Assembly (NCBI GenBank): GCA_964234715.1
Contig: OZ174288.1
DNA: 64,000 nucleotides
Direction: 5' to 3' (one strand)
From: Podarcis melisellensis
Lineage: Eukaryota
The translations under genes were made by a program, and so were the position numbers. Positions within the stretch are counted from its first letter, which is position 1, and every line of letters begins with the position of its first letter. The notes beneath the pieces are model-generated. The model saw only the letters and a list, made by a program, of their open reading frames with translations. It made no database searches and had not been told where the DNA came from. Of this stretch, positions 37,898-50,951 are shown piece by piece.

Positions 37898-39720
37898 TAC
37901 ACACGCCTCGTTTTGTGGATAAATTTACATTTTCTGAAGCAGAGAATTTTGTGAGTGGCAAAAGAAATTACTGATATTCTGTCTTCTGCAATTTAAGAAT
38001 GTTTGTGGAATTTACAAAGGAGATTATTCCAGTACCAGTTCACTATGCTTAGATTCGTTTTTAGAACACACCTGGCAATATTAATAGACCAGATGTATTT
38101 GGTTAAATATTTCTCTACTGAGAAGGAGTCTCTACTTTGATAGGAACAGATTTGACAATATAAGGGTTATAGCCTTCTGGGCAGTTTCAGTGCTTAAAAT
38201 AATAAAAGGCCATTGTGATTTTATAATGCCTACGCAGAACTGAAACACCAAGTAGATACTGTAAATCAGAACATCAGGTCCTTAAGTCATGCAATTTCAG
38301 CTTTGTTTTGTTTAGCTCTTTTTACAACTTGTGTAGCACAAAAAAGCTGAATTTAACCTAAGTGAATCTGATTTTTTGATAGTCGAGTCTACAGACCTAA
38401 ACTAAGAATTGTGAAATATCCTGTATTTTAGTCCACTCAGTTCCAAGAACCACTGTCTTAGAGATCCCTTCCAGTACTACCTTGACAAATGATGTTGTGT
38501 GGCAGCAAGAGAAGAGAGCAATCACCCCAGATGTCTTGCTCACTCATTTATGCAGTGGAAATAAGATGCTATGTTAAGTTCTTGCCAAAACTATCTTATT
38601 AGTGCATATCAGGACCAAATGGGGCTAAATGTCCAATTCTGATGTAGAATTGGTATGCTTTCAATTACTGAACCTATGGGGTTTAACTGGAGCTGCAGTA
38701 GGAAGTAAATAGAGTTTTGTATTAGTGGAGAAGATACCAGGGGAAACCTTGCATCTCTGGTACTGATAATAATATTTTGGTGTTAAACATACTTGGACCT
38801 TGGACCTGCAGTGAAATTAAGACTCTGAATATGAAATACTGAAGGACAAGTCACTTATGAGGCTAAACATGTGAAAAATTCAGAATCATGCACTCTGTCA
38901 AGGGGATTTGGAGAGCATTGGGGGGAATATACTGTGATGGTATAAATAGTGTGAAAACGTAGTGTGCCATTAACTTACATTTATGTGATCCTGCTGGATA
39001 GTCCTTTATGTGGACAAACTGCAACAGAGTGAAGTTATATTAAAGAGAGTTTGAAGAAAATACACGTAACGGAAATATGCATTCAATAAATGAATGTAAC
39101 TATATTTTAAAAGTAACTTAGGATGTTTCATTAAAAAAATATGTCTTACTAATAGAATCAGAATCAGGCTGTGAAGAACAGAATGTAGCTGTATTAAAGT
39201 GTGGATACGAGCAAAAATATTTATGTGCATCATTATCCATCTCTACAGCCTGATTTCTCCATGTATAGTGCACTCTGTGTGTTCATGAAGCAAAACAAGT
39301 TTTTTTCTTAGGCAAAAATGAGCAGCCATTTGCATATATCTGAGGTGCTTCTACAAACCCACTAAGATTTCCAGTTTCATCCTTCCACCTGCAATGCCCC
39401 ATACTGCACTGAATGGTGTTCTGGATGGTCTTTGACCTTCTCAGATGCTATGTCTGGAGACAACTGGAACTATAGAAGGGGCGGCCTGGGATGTATTGAC
39501 GCTTGAGGTAAAATAAAACCCACTGCCTGAGACTGCCACCTCACCTCATGGGTGGCCCTGAGCAGCAGTGCATGTGTGCACAGGATTTCTTACGTGGCCC
39601 TTCAGAGCCTAACCTTTGCCTGCTCTTTTCACTGACTTGCAATATGTGACAAGAATGGAAGAAAAGCAGCACCATCTAAGGAGGAAGTGGGCCAAATCAG
39701 CTAAAAAACTAGGGCTAGAA

Positions 39721-40173
39721 CAGGGGTCTGCAACCTTTAAGACAAAAAGAGCCACTTGGACCCGTTTCCGAAGGAAAAAAAACTGGGAGCCGCAAAATTC
39801 GTCATTATAAAAATAACTTTTTTGTCACTTTTTATTATTTCTTTGTTTGACCCCTCAGAATTACTCCTCCTCATAGAAATAAACATTAAATTAACAAGTT
39901 ACCTTTTCGTGTGTGTGTGTTCTTCACTCCCCTTCAAAACAGTGACCAGCATACATGCCCCTTACAATGTAGCGGGAAGGTGACGGCGGGACGGTGCGTG
40001 ACTAACGCACGCACCGCCCCTATGCGACGTCACAGCCAGTACAGCGCCCGCCACAGTGGGGAGTGTCGGGGCGCACAATGCGCCTCCTCCCCTCACTAGT
40101 ATCTGCCCCGGAGCCGCGGCAAAGGTGTAAAAGAGCCACATGCGGCTCCGGAGCCGCGGGTTGCAGACCCCTG
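39721..40173. mobile_element. hAT-Charlie-like MITE, 453 bp, young
   Basis: TIRs caggggtctgcaacc / ggttgcagacccctg; 8-bp TSD ggctagaa; CpGs intact. Confidence 0.92.
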
Positions 40174-41269
40174 GGCTAGAATGATCAGAATCCTGCTCCT
40201 GATGCATTTCATAGGCTGCATATCCACACAAGTTGCTGTTCTGTGGCACAAGTGAATTAGAGTTCCCTCTCTTCTGTCTTTCATTTAATAACGAAACGAT
40301 AACAAACACTTGTAAACCTTTAAAGTTACTCCTTTCCATTACAGAAGTAATACTTTTAAAACCACAATTATTTAGCCCCTAAAATAATGTAGTTAATTCA
40401 CATGAATATTTGGGGACCATAACAATTAGATACACACTGTTTAACCCATGTGCTTTTTAATTTTTTCATATTAAATTTGTCCTTCATTTTATTAGGTAAA
40501 GCAATATTTTTGTTTTTCTTACTTTTTCTAAAAGTGGCTACTTCTGACTGATTGAAATGTTTTTGTGATACAAAGTAAGAAAAAACATATAAATGCTTCT
40601 TTTGATGCATTGCTAAATGTAGGAAAACATGAATAATTAAAGATACATTAAAACAAATATTAATTTGCAAATAATCTGTTTTAGAATTGCAAATAGACCC
40701 TCCTTTTACAATACAATTTTGCAAAATAAGCAAGAAAATATAATTAAATACTAAAGTAATTTTATCCTTGATACTTCATTGTTTAGAGTGCTACACAGTT
40801 GGACCAGTATGATCATTAGTGGAGAGTATCTCAATGAAAAGGTACTCTCCTCATCTTGAAATAAAACCACTTTGTAGAATTAAAAATCATGTTATTTTAT
40901 ATGGAACATAAAAAATACCATATTTGTTTAGCTCTAGAAGATTACAAAGTGCTAGGTGTTCAGTCAAAGCTTTTTGGCCCTCTAGTGATTTTCTCCTGGC
41001 AGAATTCTCAGAACAAAGCTCATATAGTGTAACTGAATCAGTGCATTGAAATCTCAGAAATCAAAGGGTAACCTGCAGATGGAATCTGAACAATTTTCTA
41101 ACCATCTTCATTACCTGTATAGTTTAAAACTGAGAGCTCCTGATTTACAGTGTTAAACCCCCTTTCCTGTCATCCTTGCTAGGTGACCTGCACAAAAGAG
41201 AAACTTGGAGAATAAGAGAATAAGCTTTCCAAACTAGGTTCTGGCCCACTGGCATTCATTCATTCATAC

Positions 41270-42271
41270 CTACGTTATAACTTGCTGAACAACCGTGCGT
41301 TCATGAGAGCACCCTTGATTTCCACAGTGCAGTTTTTTGAGCAGCCTTCGCAATTTGATTGGAAAGTTTTTGTTGATGTATCGGTAAAGTAGAGGCATGA
41401 CAAAACTGCTTGAAAAAGCCAAGAATTTTGACAGTCCCTTGGTAAAATGTAATACTCTAGTGTAATTTTCATCCGTGACTTTTCCTTGCATACTAGTTAA
41501 TGTGTTTACTAGAAGAGTTACATAATAAGGTGTCCATAATGTGAACTGTGTACAAACAGTAGCAATCAAAAGCCTGTGTACTGATGGATCTAGTCTTCCA
41601 GTGTCTTGGTCCAGCGGTGTTGCCTCTTTGCGTATTCGCAGAATTAACACAAGCGCATACAGCACAGCAATGGCTGGTACGACGTATCCAATAAAAACCA
41701 TGATGGCATCTGCTGCTTCTTTGTTCTGCATTTTGGAACATTCTATTATTTTAGTGGAGACATGGTTGCAGACATAAAACAGAAGCGATGAAAAGCTGGT
41801 AAGCATAGCTCCTCCCCAAATAAATCCACATACATGTTTTGTGTTGTATACACTAGACATGTAAGTTCTTGGCAAAGCACGTTCAATGTAGTAGTCCAGG
41901 CTGAGCAGTGTGGTAGAATACATGATAACCAGAGACGATACATTGAACAAGATAAGCAAGGTAATGTAGACTTCATTGTTGAAACTCCAGATGGCCCATT
42001 TTGTACTGGCAGGTCCTAGGAGGTACATTGGTGCAATAGCATTGATGATGAGGCCAGCAATTGCAATATTGACAAAGTAAACATCTGGCATGGTCATAGT
42101 TGCTTTGTTGTATAGGTTGACTAGCACCAGTAGGGCATTATAACACAGGCCAATGGGGAAACAGATGATGAGGTAGAGCAATGAAAAAATGGAAAGTACA
42201 AGATGGAAATCATGGCAAAGATGCTGGTCCTCTATGCTTTTGGTACCATTGAAAGATTCGCAGTTCCACAT
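41270..42271 (-). CDS. GPR146: G protein-coupled receptor 146, single coding exon, 333 aa from ATG 42271
   Basis: [10 protein letters not shown] start, [120 protein letters not shown]; length equals the 333 aa of human GPR146. Confidence 0.97.
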   Translation of the reverse strand: MWNCESFNGTKSIEDQHLCHDFHLVLSIFSLLYLIICFPIGLCYNALLVLVNLYNKATMTMPDVYFVNIAIAGLIINAIAPMYLLGPASTKWAIWSFNNEVYITLLILFNVSSLVIMYSTTLLSLDYYIERALPRTYMSSVYNTKHVCGFIWGGAMLTSFSSLLFYVCNHVSTKIIECSKMQNKEAADAIMVFIGYVVPAIAVLYALVLILRIRKEATPLDQDTGRLDPSVHRLLIATVCTQFTLWTPYYVTLLVNTLTSMQGKVTDENYTRVLHFTKGLSKFLAFSSSFVMPLLYRYINKNFPIKLRRLLKKLHCGNQGCSHERTVVQQVIT

Positions 42272-42315
42272 AGTGACCTTAACGTGTATGTCTTCTCGGC
42301 TGGTCACCAGCTTTC

Positions 42316-42340
42316 CTAAACGGGGGAAAAGACAGTATAT
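42316..42340 (-). promoter_or_regulatory. Splice acceptor of the GPR146 coding exon (exon starts 42315)
   Basis: Minus strand tactgtcttttcccccgtttag|gaaagc, 44 nt upstream of the ATG. Confidence 0.7.
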
Positions 42341-42549
42341 ATCATTTAAAAAAAAAATGAAAACAATTCATCATTTTCTTTCATGTAGATATAGTGCTAT
42401 TTTTCTAGAAAAGAGGTACGGAACTCACCATGAACATCTCACTGGTTCTGTTATAATCGCAATGGTGCCTACCTGAGAGGTGCTGCAACTGAGTTCTGGA
42501 TGAAAAAAAGCCCTACACATTATTGAAGTTTAAAATATCATTTAGAGTA

Positions 42550-43239
42550 CAGTGGTACCTCGGGTTACTTCGCTTCAGGTTACATACACTTCAGGGTACA
42601 GACTCCGCTAACCCAGAAATAGTACCCCGGGTTAAGAACTTTGCTTCAGGATGAGAACAGAAATTGTGCTCCGGTGGCACGGAGGCAGCAGGAGGCCCCA
42701 TTAGCTAAAGTGGTGCTTCAGGTTAAGAACAGTTTCAGGTTAAGAACAGACCTCCGGAACGAATTAAGTACTTAAGGCCCCATTAGCTAAAGTGGTGCTT
42801 CAGGTTAAGAACAGTTTCAGGTTAAGAACAGACCTCCGGAACGAATTAAGTACTTAACCCGAGGAAAAAAAGGTAAAGGTAAAGGTACCCCTGCCCATAC
42901 GGGCCAGTCTTGACAGACTCTAGGGTTGTGCGCCCATCTCACTCTAGAGGCCAGGGGCCAGCGCTGTCCGGAGACACTTCCGGGTCACATGGCCAGCGTG
43001 ACGAAGCTGCTCTGGCGAGCCTGCACCAGCGCAGCACACGGAAACGCCGTTTACCTTCCCGCTAGAAAGCGGTACCTATTTATCTGCTTGCACTTTAGGG
43101 GTGCTTTCAAACTGCTAGGTGGGCAGGAGCAGGGACCGTAGATGGGAGCTTACCCCGTCGCAGGGATTCGAACCGCCAACCATGCGATCAACAAGCCCTA
43201 GGTGCTGAGGATTTACCCACAGCGCCACCCGTACCACTG
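42550..43239. mobile_element. Tc1/mariner MITE with internal 82-bp duplication and right TIR split by a SINE
   Basis: TA-cagtggtacctcgggtta; 42694-42775 is identical to 42776-42857; right TIR ttaacccgag|gtaccactg-TA is interrupted at 42865-43230. Confidence 0.88.
42865..43230 (-). mobile_element. Sauria SINE
   Basis: (AAAGGT)n tail on + strand, body homologous to 598-963, B box ggattcgaacc, head cacagcgccaccc. Confidence 0.9.
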
Positions 43240-43383
43240 TATAATTTTATAATTTGAAGACTGGAATATAAAGTCACCAAGGCTGGAATATAAAGTCATC
43301 AATTTCCTTGTGCCTGTCTAGGATGGCATGACAAAAAAAATTCCTTCCAGTAGCACCTTAAAGACCAACTAAGTCAGTTCTTG

Positions 43384-43422
43384 GTATGAGCTTTCGTGTG
43401 CATGCACAGCTTCTTCAGATAC
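43384..43422 (-). ncRNA. Second hammerhead motif (GPR146 sense strand; 1-nt insertion in stem II)
   Basis: Reverse complement reads GUAU-CUGAAGA-AGCUGUGCAUGCACAC-GAAAGCUC-AUAC. Confidence 0.55.
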
Positions 43423-43438
43423 GAGTATCTGAAGAAGA

Positions 43439-43476
43439 GTATCTGAAGAAGTGTGCATGCACACGAAAGCTCATAC
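43439..43476 (+). ncRNA. Minimal type-I hammerhead ribozyme motif (PLE-associated)
   Basis: GUAU-CUGAAGA-A-GUGUGCAUGCACAC-GAA-AGCU-C-AUAC: conserved core, stem II, palindromic stem III, stem I GUAU/AUAC. Confidence 0.65.
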
Positions 43477-45800
43477 CAAGAACTGACTTAGTTGGTCTTT
43501 AAGGTGCTACTGGAAGGAATTTTTTTTGTTTTGACTATGGCAGACCAACACGGCTACCTATCTGTAACTAGGATGGCATGCTTCATGACAGCTATTTTCT
43601 GCTTAGCATGGCTGTGATACTGACTGGATAATAATTGCTGCTGTTTAACCTAAACATTTCCTTCCTCAATTTAAGGTGTTTTTCTCTTGGAACCACAGCT
43701 AGCCTTGTTTTTATGTTGAACCCCTCCTATATTGTGCTCTTGCTCCTTTTAACTGATCTGGTCATTCTGTTTTTCTTCTCTATGTGTTTGGAATGACATT
43801 CGATGAGACCTAAATGGCATTACCTTTCTCCCTTCTTTTAAACGCTGCCTCAAAACTCTCCTCTTCTATGAAGCCTTTGGCTTAACCATACAAGTTCTCA
43901 TGCCCAGTTGAAAGGAAATCTAAGCAGTATAACAGTACTTGTACATATTTTGCCCCTGTGATCCTTGCCTCTTTCCCCTGCTGTCAAAGCATAAATCTTA
44001 AACTCCTTGGGCCAGGGATATAACATTTAATCTGTGCATCCAAAGAACTCTGATATGAATTTACCAACAAGCAAACTGAGGTTGAGACCTATATAGTGGC
44101 AGTAGCTGTATCCCAGTTCTTAGCCACATCTCCACAGGAAGATGCTTCTTCAGTTAAAAGGTGCACAACCTACTCTAATAGAGTGCTGCTGCCAGCAGAA
44201 CAGAAAAGCCTCTAGTCTCACTGGGGCTTCTGCAACAGAGTCCTCTAAGGACAGCAGTGCCACAACTTTGAGGACAGTTCCAGCTCCACATTTGGAAGGG
44301 CACTAACTACAGACTCATCTTGTGGAAGTGCATCTGTGGCTGGCACTATTTTCCCTTCATCTTCTGGTTTGGAGATACCGACTTCATTCCCGGAAGAATT
44401 GCTGGGGGTGGAATGCTTTGTATTTTATAATTTTTAACAGTGTAAGCCACCTTGAATCCCAACTTGGGAGAGAAATGTAGTATAAAATATATTAAACAAA
44501 TAAATAAGGGGATTCTTAATTCATGGTCATGGCACCTCCTCTCCCCCTCCCTCCCTCTTCCCGCTCTTTCTTTCTTTCTTTATTTCAAAAAAGCAAAATC
44601 AGGCTATACCCTTAAAGTGCATTCAGAGCACATTTCCCCATCAAAGAATTCTAGGCAGTGTAGTTTGTTAAGGGTTGCTGGGAATTGTAACTTTGTGAGG
44701 GTTACTGTGTCCAGAATTCTTTGGAAAAGTTTGTAATACTGATTGACATGGTTGCCTCTTAGCTACACAGGAATAGCTTGGCTGAGGTGTGAAAAGGAAT
44801 TGCGTGGGTGTGCAGCTGGAGAACCTGGCCCCAAATCAACTTAGTTCCACTGCTGTTGTTTTTAAGCACATGTGTTTTGTTTGTGTTTTCAATTATGCAC
44901 CCCTAATCTATCTCAGGAATCAAGAGAGCTCCAAAAGTTTTATCAGGCACAGAAGTGGCTGGATAATTTATAAGAACTGACCTCCCTCTCATAAGACAGT
45001 TTTCCCTTCTGGAGCAGCAAGCAAATGCTTTTGCAATTGCTTTGATCATAGCTTAATTTAAAGGTGTGTTATTTCTGCATATAATGATTTCCTATTTTAT
45101 TAAACTGAAGGATTAGCATAGCATACCTTATGACACTTAAATAACATATGTTTATCTTGAAAATCTAAAGCACTGCACATAATTCAACTGAAAAAATATT
45201 AAGATAATATTCAATATTTTAACATCATGTGTACATGAAACTGATTTCACTGAGTCAGGATATTGCTCCATCTAGCTCAACAAGGTTTCAGGCAGAGACA
45301 GCAATACCATGTCAGTTCTCAGTCTCCTTTTTTTAAACTAAAGATGTCAGGAATTAAACCCTGCAACCTTCAGGTTGCAAAGCATATGCCATACCCCTGA
45401 GTTGTGGACCCGCCACAACTGAGACCAAGCAGAAACCCAGGAAATTTGAATATGACTTTCTTTGATCCAATTTACCAAACACTGCTACTATGCAACTTCC
45501 TCTCAATTCAGTGGAAGAAGTTAGTTCTAAGGAAATAAAGTGATTAGGCAGCAGTCACTGGTGGATTGCATCAGTACCATAGACTTACGTGTAAACCTGC
45601 AATCTTCACTACCTCTCTTTTGTCTTTTCCAAGACGGGCAGGTTATCAATTCATACCTTTAGACTTAGTCCCACACAGCCATTATTTAAACAATATTATC
45701 TCTCATCATATTTCTTATGCAGTGAAAGTGGTCCCAGTGTTTCCTATATAATGCCAAGATAAACCCTCCATAATCCCCAAGATTAACTGGGGATTTTTTT

Positions 45801-46000
45801 GAAGAACATAAGACGAACACTTCTAGATGAGGCCAAAGACCCATCTCGTCCACCTTCCTGTTCTCACAGTGACCAGTCAGATACTTATGAGAAGCCTGGA
45901 AGCAGGACCTGAGTGCAGCAGTGCTCTTCCCACTTACGATCCCCAGCAACTGGGATACCGTGGAGGTAGAGCATAGCCACCATGGGTAATAGCCATGATA
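45801..46000 (-). mobile_element. Old SINE with LF-SINE/CR1-like 3' tail
   Basis: aagaacataag...gatgaggccaaagacccatctcgtccac...ctgttctcacagtgacc...ccccagcaactgg; related fragments near 1950, 16880, 24080 and 58550. Confidence 0.5.
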
Positions 46001-48320
46001 GTAACTGATTTTTGGTGAAATTATCATGGTTATTCTTTCTGTTACATCATTTGAGTAATAAAAAAAGTACATCATTTGAAAGCCCACAATAAAAATTTAT
46101 CTAGGTGGTAGTGAGACATCCCTACCCCTATCCCAATGAAATCGGGGTTTCAGTCTGAAAAAAATTGTATTTTGCTAGATAACATGTCATTTGATTCGAT
46201 TTTGTTTATTTTTCAGATAAAAAATGCAATTTTATAGTACCTAGAGAGCAGTTATTCCTGGTAAGGTAAAGTACCATGTGTTGCTTAGTACAATAAAAAC
46301 CTTTGTGTGAACGTGTGTGTTTCTCCAAAGGCTTATACTGTATTAAGTTTTAAATAAATTTTTGCTTCTTTAAAATATTGTACTACTAAAACTTTTTGCA
46401 TAGCATTCACTCTGTTTTGATTCTCAATTCTTACAGCTGTCATGCCCACTGCCTTACCTCAAACTCCCTTTCCCTGCTGCTACGAAACCTCTTAAACTCC
46501 TACCTTCAATTCATGTAGCATTTTCCTTTGTACTTCGGAGTCCAGATATGGCTGATAAATAACATCTCAGGAGAAGAAAGCATGCCGAAGGGTGTTGCAT
46601 TTTCCCTCTTGGAACACATAGTGATCTTCTGCGATCACCAGGAGCCTTACACAGCTTGGTAGTTTTTCTGCATGTGTGCTGCACTTGTTTTTCCTCTAGT
46701 AAATTACTCACAAAGTTTCTGCTTCTCTTGGCAAGCCAAGGCTAGCTCCTCCCTTTCTCTGTTTACAGCCAGTTTCAAGAAACAGGAGGCTGATCTCAGA
46801 GGGGAGTGTTTCCTGACATTACACTCTGCTGAGTGTTGGCTGCTTCTGATTGATTGGTAGAAAGGGAGATGTTCCTGGAAGACTCCAGTTTGGTGTTCAG
46901 TTACAGTTGCTCTATCTCTCTCTCTCTCTCTCCCTCCCCCCCCCCCCCACTAGCTGCCTGCCTTTTTCCAATTCCGCTGGGTTAGTTTACTGCATTCTCA
47001 GTAGAAAGCAGTTTTGCCCTTAGCTGGCAGATTCCATTGAAGGTATGAAATGTCTTACGGGAAACTGTTATTGGGAAAATCAGTTTTCTCTTTTGATTTT
47101 TTTGAGGTTAAGATATTCTGGGCAGCAGGGCTTAATTCCACTGATTTTTTTTATAATTAAAACATATCTTAGCATTGTGTATATAGATCTTGACAATGAA
47201 CAATTCTAAAAGTTTTTAGATATGCTATAAGCCGCCCAAATTGGCTGAGGTATAAATAATGATGATGACAATGACAACAACTAATAGCTACTAGCCAAGA
47301 TGGCTATATTAACTCTTCTGTTGGACGCAGTAGGTGCCTCTGGATAAAAGGTGCTGGGAATTATAAACAGGGCAAATCTTTCTATGATGGTTTTACTCCG
47401 TCTCTCTGTCTCTCTCTCCACCCCCTCCCCGCCCCCCATTTCAAAATCAGTTTGCAGTTTAACAGGGGGAAGGTGCAGAATCATTATGAAAATTCATCAG
47501 CATTTTACTGTGCATTTCTCCTTATATAACCCTTTTGTGTGCAATTTACAAGGATAATATAATGCATTTTTGTATGTTGTTCATAACATGCTTATAGGCT
47601 TATCAGAATCAACTAGTTGGCCATTGTGAGGGCAAAATGCTCAGCAATATATGATATGGCTTTGGTCAGATCCACCAGGGCTCATCTCAATTTCTTATTT
47701 TAGTAATTTTTTTATATTATCAAGAGTACTGTATATCCAAGTGTATATACAGAGAATTACTAGGAATGAAAGAGTTGCACTGACTCCCTTAAGGGTCTCT
47801 GTTTATTTGTTTAGAATATTTATATAGCACTTTTCTATTTTTTTAAAAAAGTTCTCAAAGTGGTTTACATGGTACAAGGTGGCATTAAAAAATGTTTCAA
47901 TGAGGTTGTTTACAGTCTCAGCATGGGCAGGCTTCCACATGTAGATCCTCCACCCTAGAACAAAGAAGCAGACTCCCTCACCATATGCCAGATGTTTACT
48001 CAGATTCAGGATGTCTTGGCCTTGGTAATGGGGCAAAGAGCAAACCCTGGTAGAAAGAGCTATTATCCCCTTGCCCCACACCAAATCTGAGAGGCAGCAG
48101 CAGTGTCTAGGTCAGGAAGTCAAGATTGTTCCAGACTTACAGATCTTCTCACAGACAACTGATTTGAGGACAGTTGATGAAGTTGCCCTTTTTCCTTGCT
48201 GACGTCACTGGCTGTTTCAGTCTGCAGTGGAATTAACAGTAGTCCCTCGCTTGATGTACACCCGCTTGATTAGATCTTGCACTAGTCAAAATGGAATTTT
48301 GGGCTTTGAATAGCTGACAA

Positions 48321-48687
48321 GCAGGTGGCGCTGTGGGTTAAAGCCTCAGCGCCTAGGACTTGCCGATCGAAAGGTCGGCGGTTCGAATCCCTGCGGCGGG
48401 GTGCGCTCCCGCTGCTCGGTCCCAGCGCCTGCCAACCTAGCAGTTCAAAAGCACCTCCGGGTGCAAGTAGATAAATAGATAAATAGGGACCGCTTACCAG
48501 CGGGAAGGTAAACGGCGTTTCCGTGTGCGGCTCTGGCTCGCCAGAGCAGGGATGTCACGCTGGCCACGTGACCCGGAAGTGTCTCCGGACAGCGCTGGCC
48601 CCTGGCCTCTTAAGTGAGATGGGCGCACAACCCCAGAGTCTGTCAAGACTGGCCTGTATGGGCAGGGGTACCTTTACCTTTACCTTT
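48321..48687 (+). mobile_element. Sauria SINE, near-identical to 598-963
   Basis: Same body with a few substitutions and an 8-bp tagataaa duplication; (ACCTTT)n tail. Confidence 0.92.
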
Positions 48688-50116
48688 ATGCCACATCATA
48701 AACCATTTCTGAAACTACTGACACTTTCAAACTGAGCAGATTGAGTGTTGTATGTTCTGCTGTTTGAAAAAAGTAATCTAAAGTTTGTTTAAAGTCATGG
48801 AACTAGTTTCATGATTCTTCGTAGCCTGACCAATGTCCAGCTAATGTCGTTAAACCTGGCTCATACAAAACTGTTGCTGTGCTTTCATGTCACCCACAAA
48901 GCAGCCTAATCTTAAGATTGCAAAAGATAGGATTTGCCAAGGGTTAGACAAGAGTAATGGCACAAAAGTCACTGATATGCTGGTGTTTCAGAAATGGCAT
49001 GAAAGGGTTTTCAGCAGAAACATGCATGACAAAAAGGTTAGAAACTGGTTGCCTGATAGCGCCTTATAATTGTTCGGGCTAATTAAAACACTTACTGTAA
49101 TGCAGCTGAAAGGTTTACCATTAAAAATGAAGCTAATAATCATTAAAACACAAGCACAAACACTGCACTCTTTATTAGGCAATGACACAAGGATATGAGA
49201 GAATTTGCTTGTTGCTTTGTGTGTATGTGTGTGCTCTGTAGCATACTAAGCAGACTTACTATTCAACCTCCAATATACATCATGGATAATTTTCAGGATA
49301 GTTGTTTAACAAAAGCGAACTCTTGGGATTTTTAGCTGCATGATCTTTAGATTCTTTTGACTTTTATTTAACCCTCACTTAACAAACATATATTTTACAT
49401 GTAGTACTCACTAGAGAATTAAAAACATTAAATGGCAAACTTGTAGCTGTGCTCAAGTATGTCATGTGTTCTTGTTTCCTTCCAGTTCACTTTCTTTGTA
49501 CCCATTGTTTTACATCAGAGACAACCAATGTGGCACCCTCCAATTGTTGGACTGCAATTCCCATTGTCCCTAGCTTTGCCCTTACTAGCTGGGGCTCATG
49601 GGAGCTATACTCCAGCAACATCTGGAAGGCACCACATTGGCTACCCTGTTTTACATAAATAGTGAATTTTCTTTTCCTGCATTTATTGTACAGAACCTAG
49701 TCAATTTCAGTTGCTATAGGGCTCTGTGGTACAGCACGTGTTCTGTGTCGTGTAATAGGGAGGGCAGATTGGGCAATAGGATAATCTTTCACTTGCAGAT
49801 GGATGAGTCACAATTACTTATAACACAGGTATTTAATAGATGAGTTTTTTTTTTATTTTAATAAGTGCAGTAGAAAATCCTGCTTGGTCAAGGGTGTTGG
49901 CATGAATAACCTACAAAACTTTTTCCCAAGCCTGTCATTTATTATTGCATGGTGGCGCCTGTGACCAGTTTGACTGGTGGGAGGTTGCAACCATCAGTAT
50001 CATATAATGGAGATTGTGCAGTGTGGGTGAAAGCAAACAAGCTATTTTCCAGTGTAGTATTCCATGGTTGTTGTTTTTTTTTTAAAAAATTGCCAAATTA
50101 TGCCTCCTCCTTTTGT

Positions 50117-50465
50117 TAAAGGTAAAGGGACCCCTGACCATTCGGTCCAGTCGCGGACGACTCTGGGGTTGTGGTGCTCATATCGCTTTACTCGCCGAGG
50201 GAGCTGGCGTACAGCTTCCGGGTCATGTGGCCAGCATGACTAAGCCGCTTCTGGCGAACCAGAGCAGCACATGGAAATGCCATTTACCTTCCCGCCGGAG
50301 CGGTACCTATTTATCTACTTGCACTTTGACATGCTTTCGAACTGCTAGGTTGGCAGGAGCAGGGCCGAGCAACAGGAGCTCACCCCGTCGCGGGGATTCG
50401 AGCCACCGACCTTCTGATCGGCAAGCCCTAGGCTCTGTCGTTTAACCCACAGCGCCATCTGCGTC
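50117..50465 (-). mobile_element. Sauria SINE, different subfamily
   Basis: aaaggtaaagggacccctgaccatt...cttccgggtcatgtggccagcatgac...ggggattcgagcc...cccacagcgcca. Confidence 0.9.
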
Positions 50466-50951
50466 TCTTCCCATTTTTAATTTTGTTTGTTTTTCATCCT
50501 TGGGGAGCGTCCAGGAGCATGGAACCCAATACACTTAGAACTTAATGAGGTTAATGGAACCCAGCCTGAAATTGTTGTGTGGTGAAGAGCGGGTAAGAAA
50601 TGCTTTAAACAAACAAACAAAAATAACTTAGAGGGGATATGGATTGGAGTAACGGCAAGTGAGAAGAGTTAAGCACCAGTTCTGTGCTCTAAAGTTCTCC
50701 CTCCCAAAGCAGATTTTCATTTTTAACCAGTGTTTGTACTCAGCTACATGTTTGTGTAAATGTGTGATTACACTTTAGTAGTTCTCATTATCTCCTAGTC
50801 CAATCTTGGCAGGTAAATTTGGTGTAATTTGCTGTTAACATTTGAAATCACCTTTTCCTGGTTGTTGATCTCTTTAATCTCTTTGTGCATCTTCCACTGC
50901 TCCTTAATGAGGTTGGCCTACTTCTATGATCCGTCATATACATTACTAAGG

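Larger units (their letters stand above)
43331..43567. mobile_element. Penelope-like element, inverted pseudo-LTR palindrome
   Basis: ~90-bp inverted arms (43331-43422 vs ~43439-43529); PLE-type end ...ggctacctatctgtaa; 13-bp flanking direct repeat ctaggatggcatg. Confidence 0.8.

Noticed and set aside
42272-42307. GTG-initiated extension of GPR146
   Set aside because: Orthologues begin MWxC; ATG 42271 gives the expected 333 aa.
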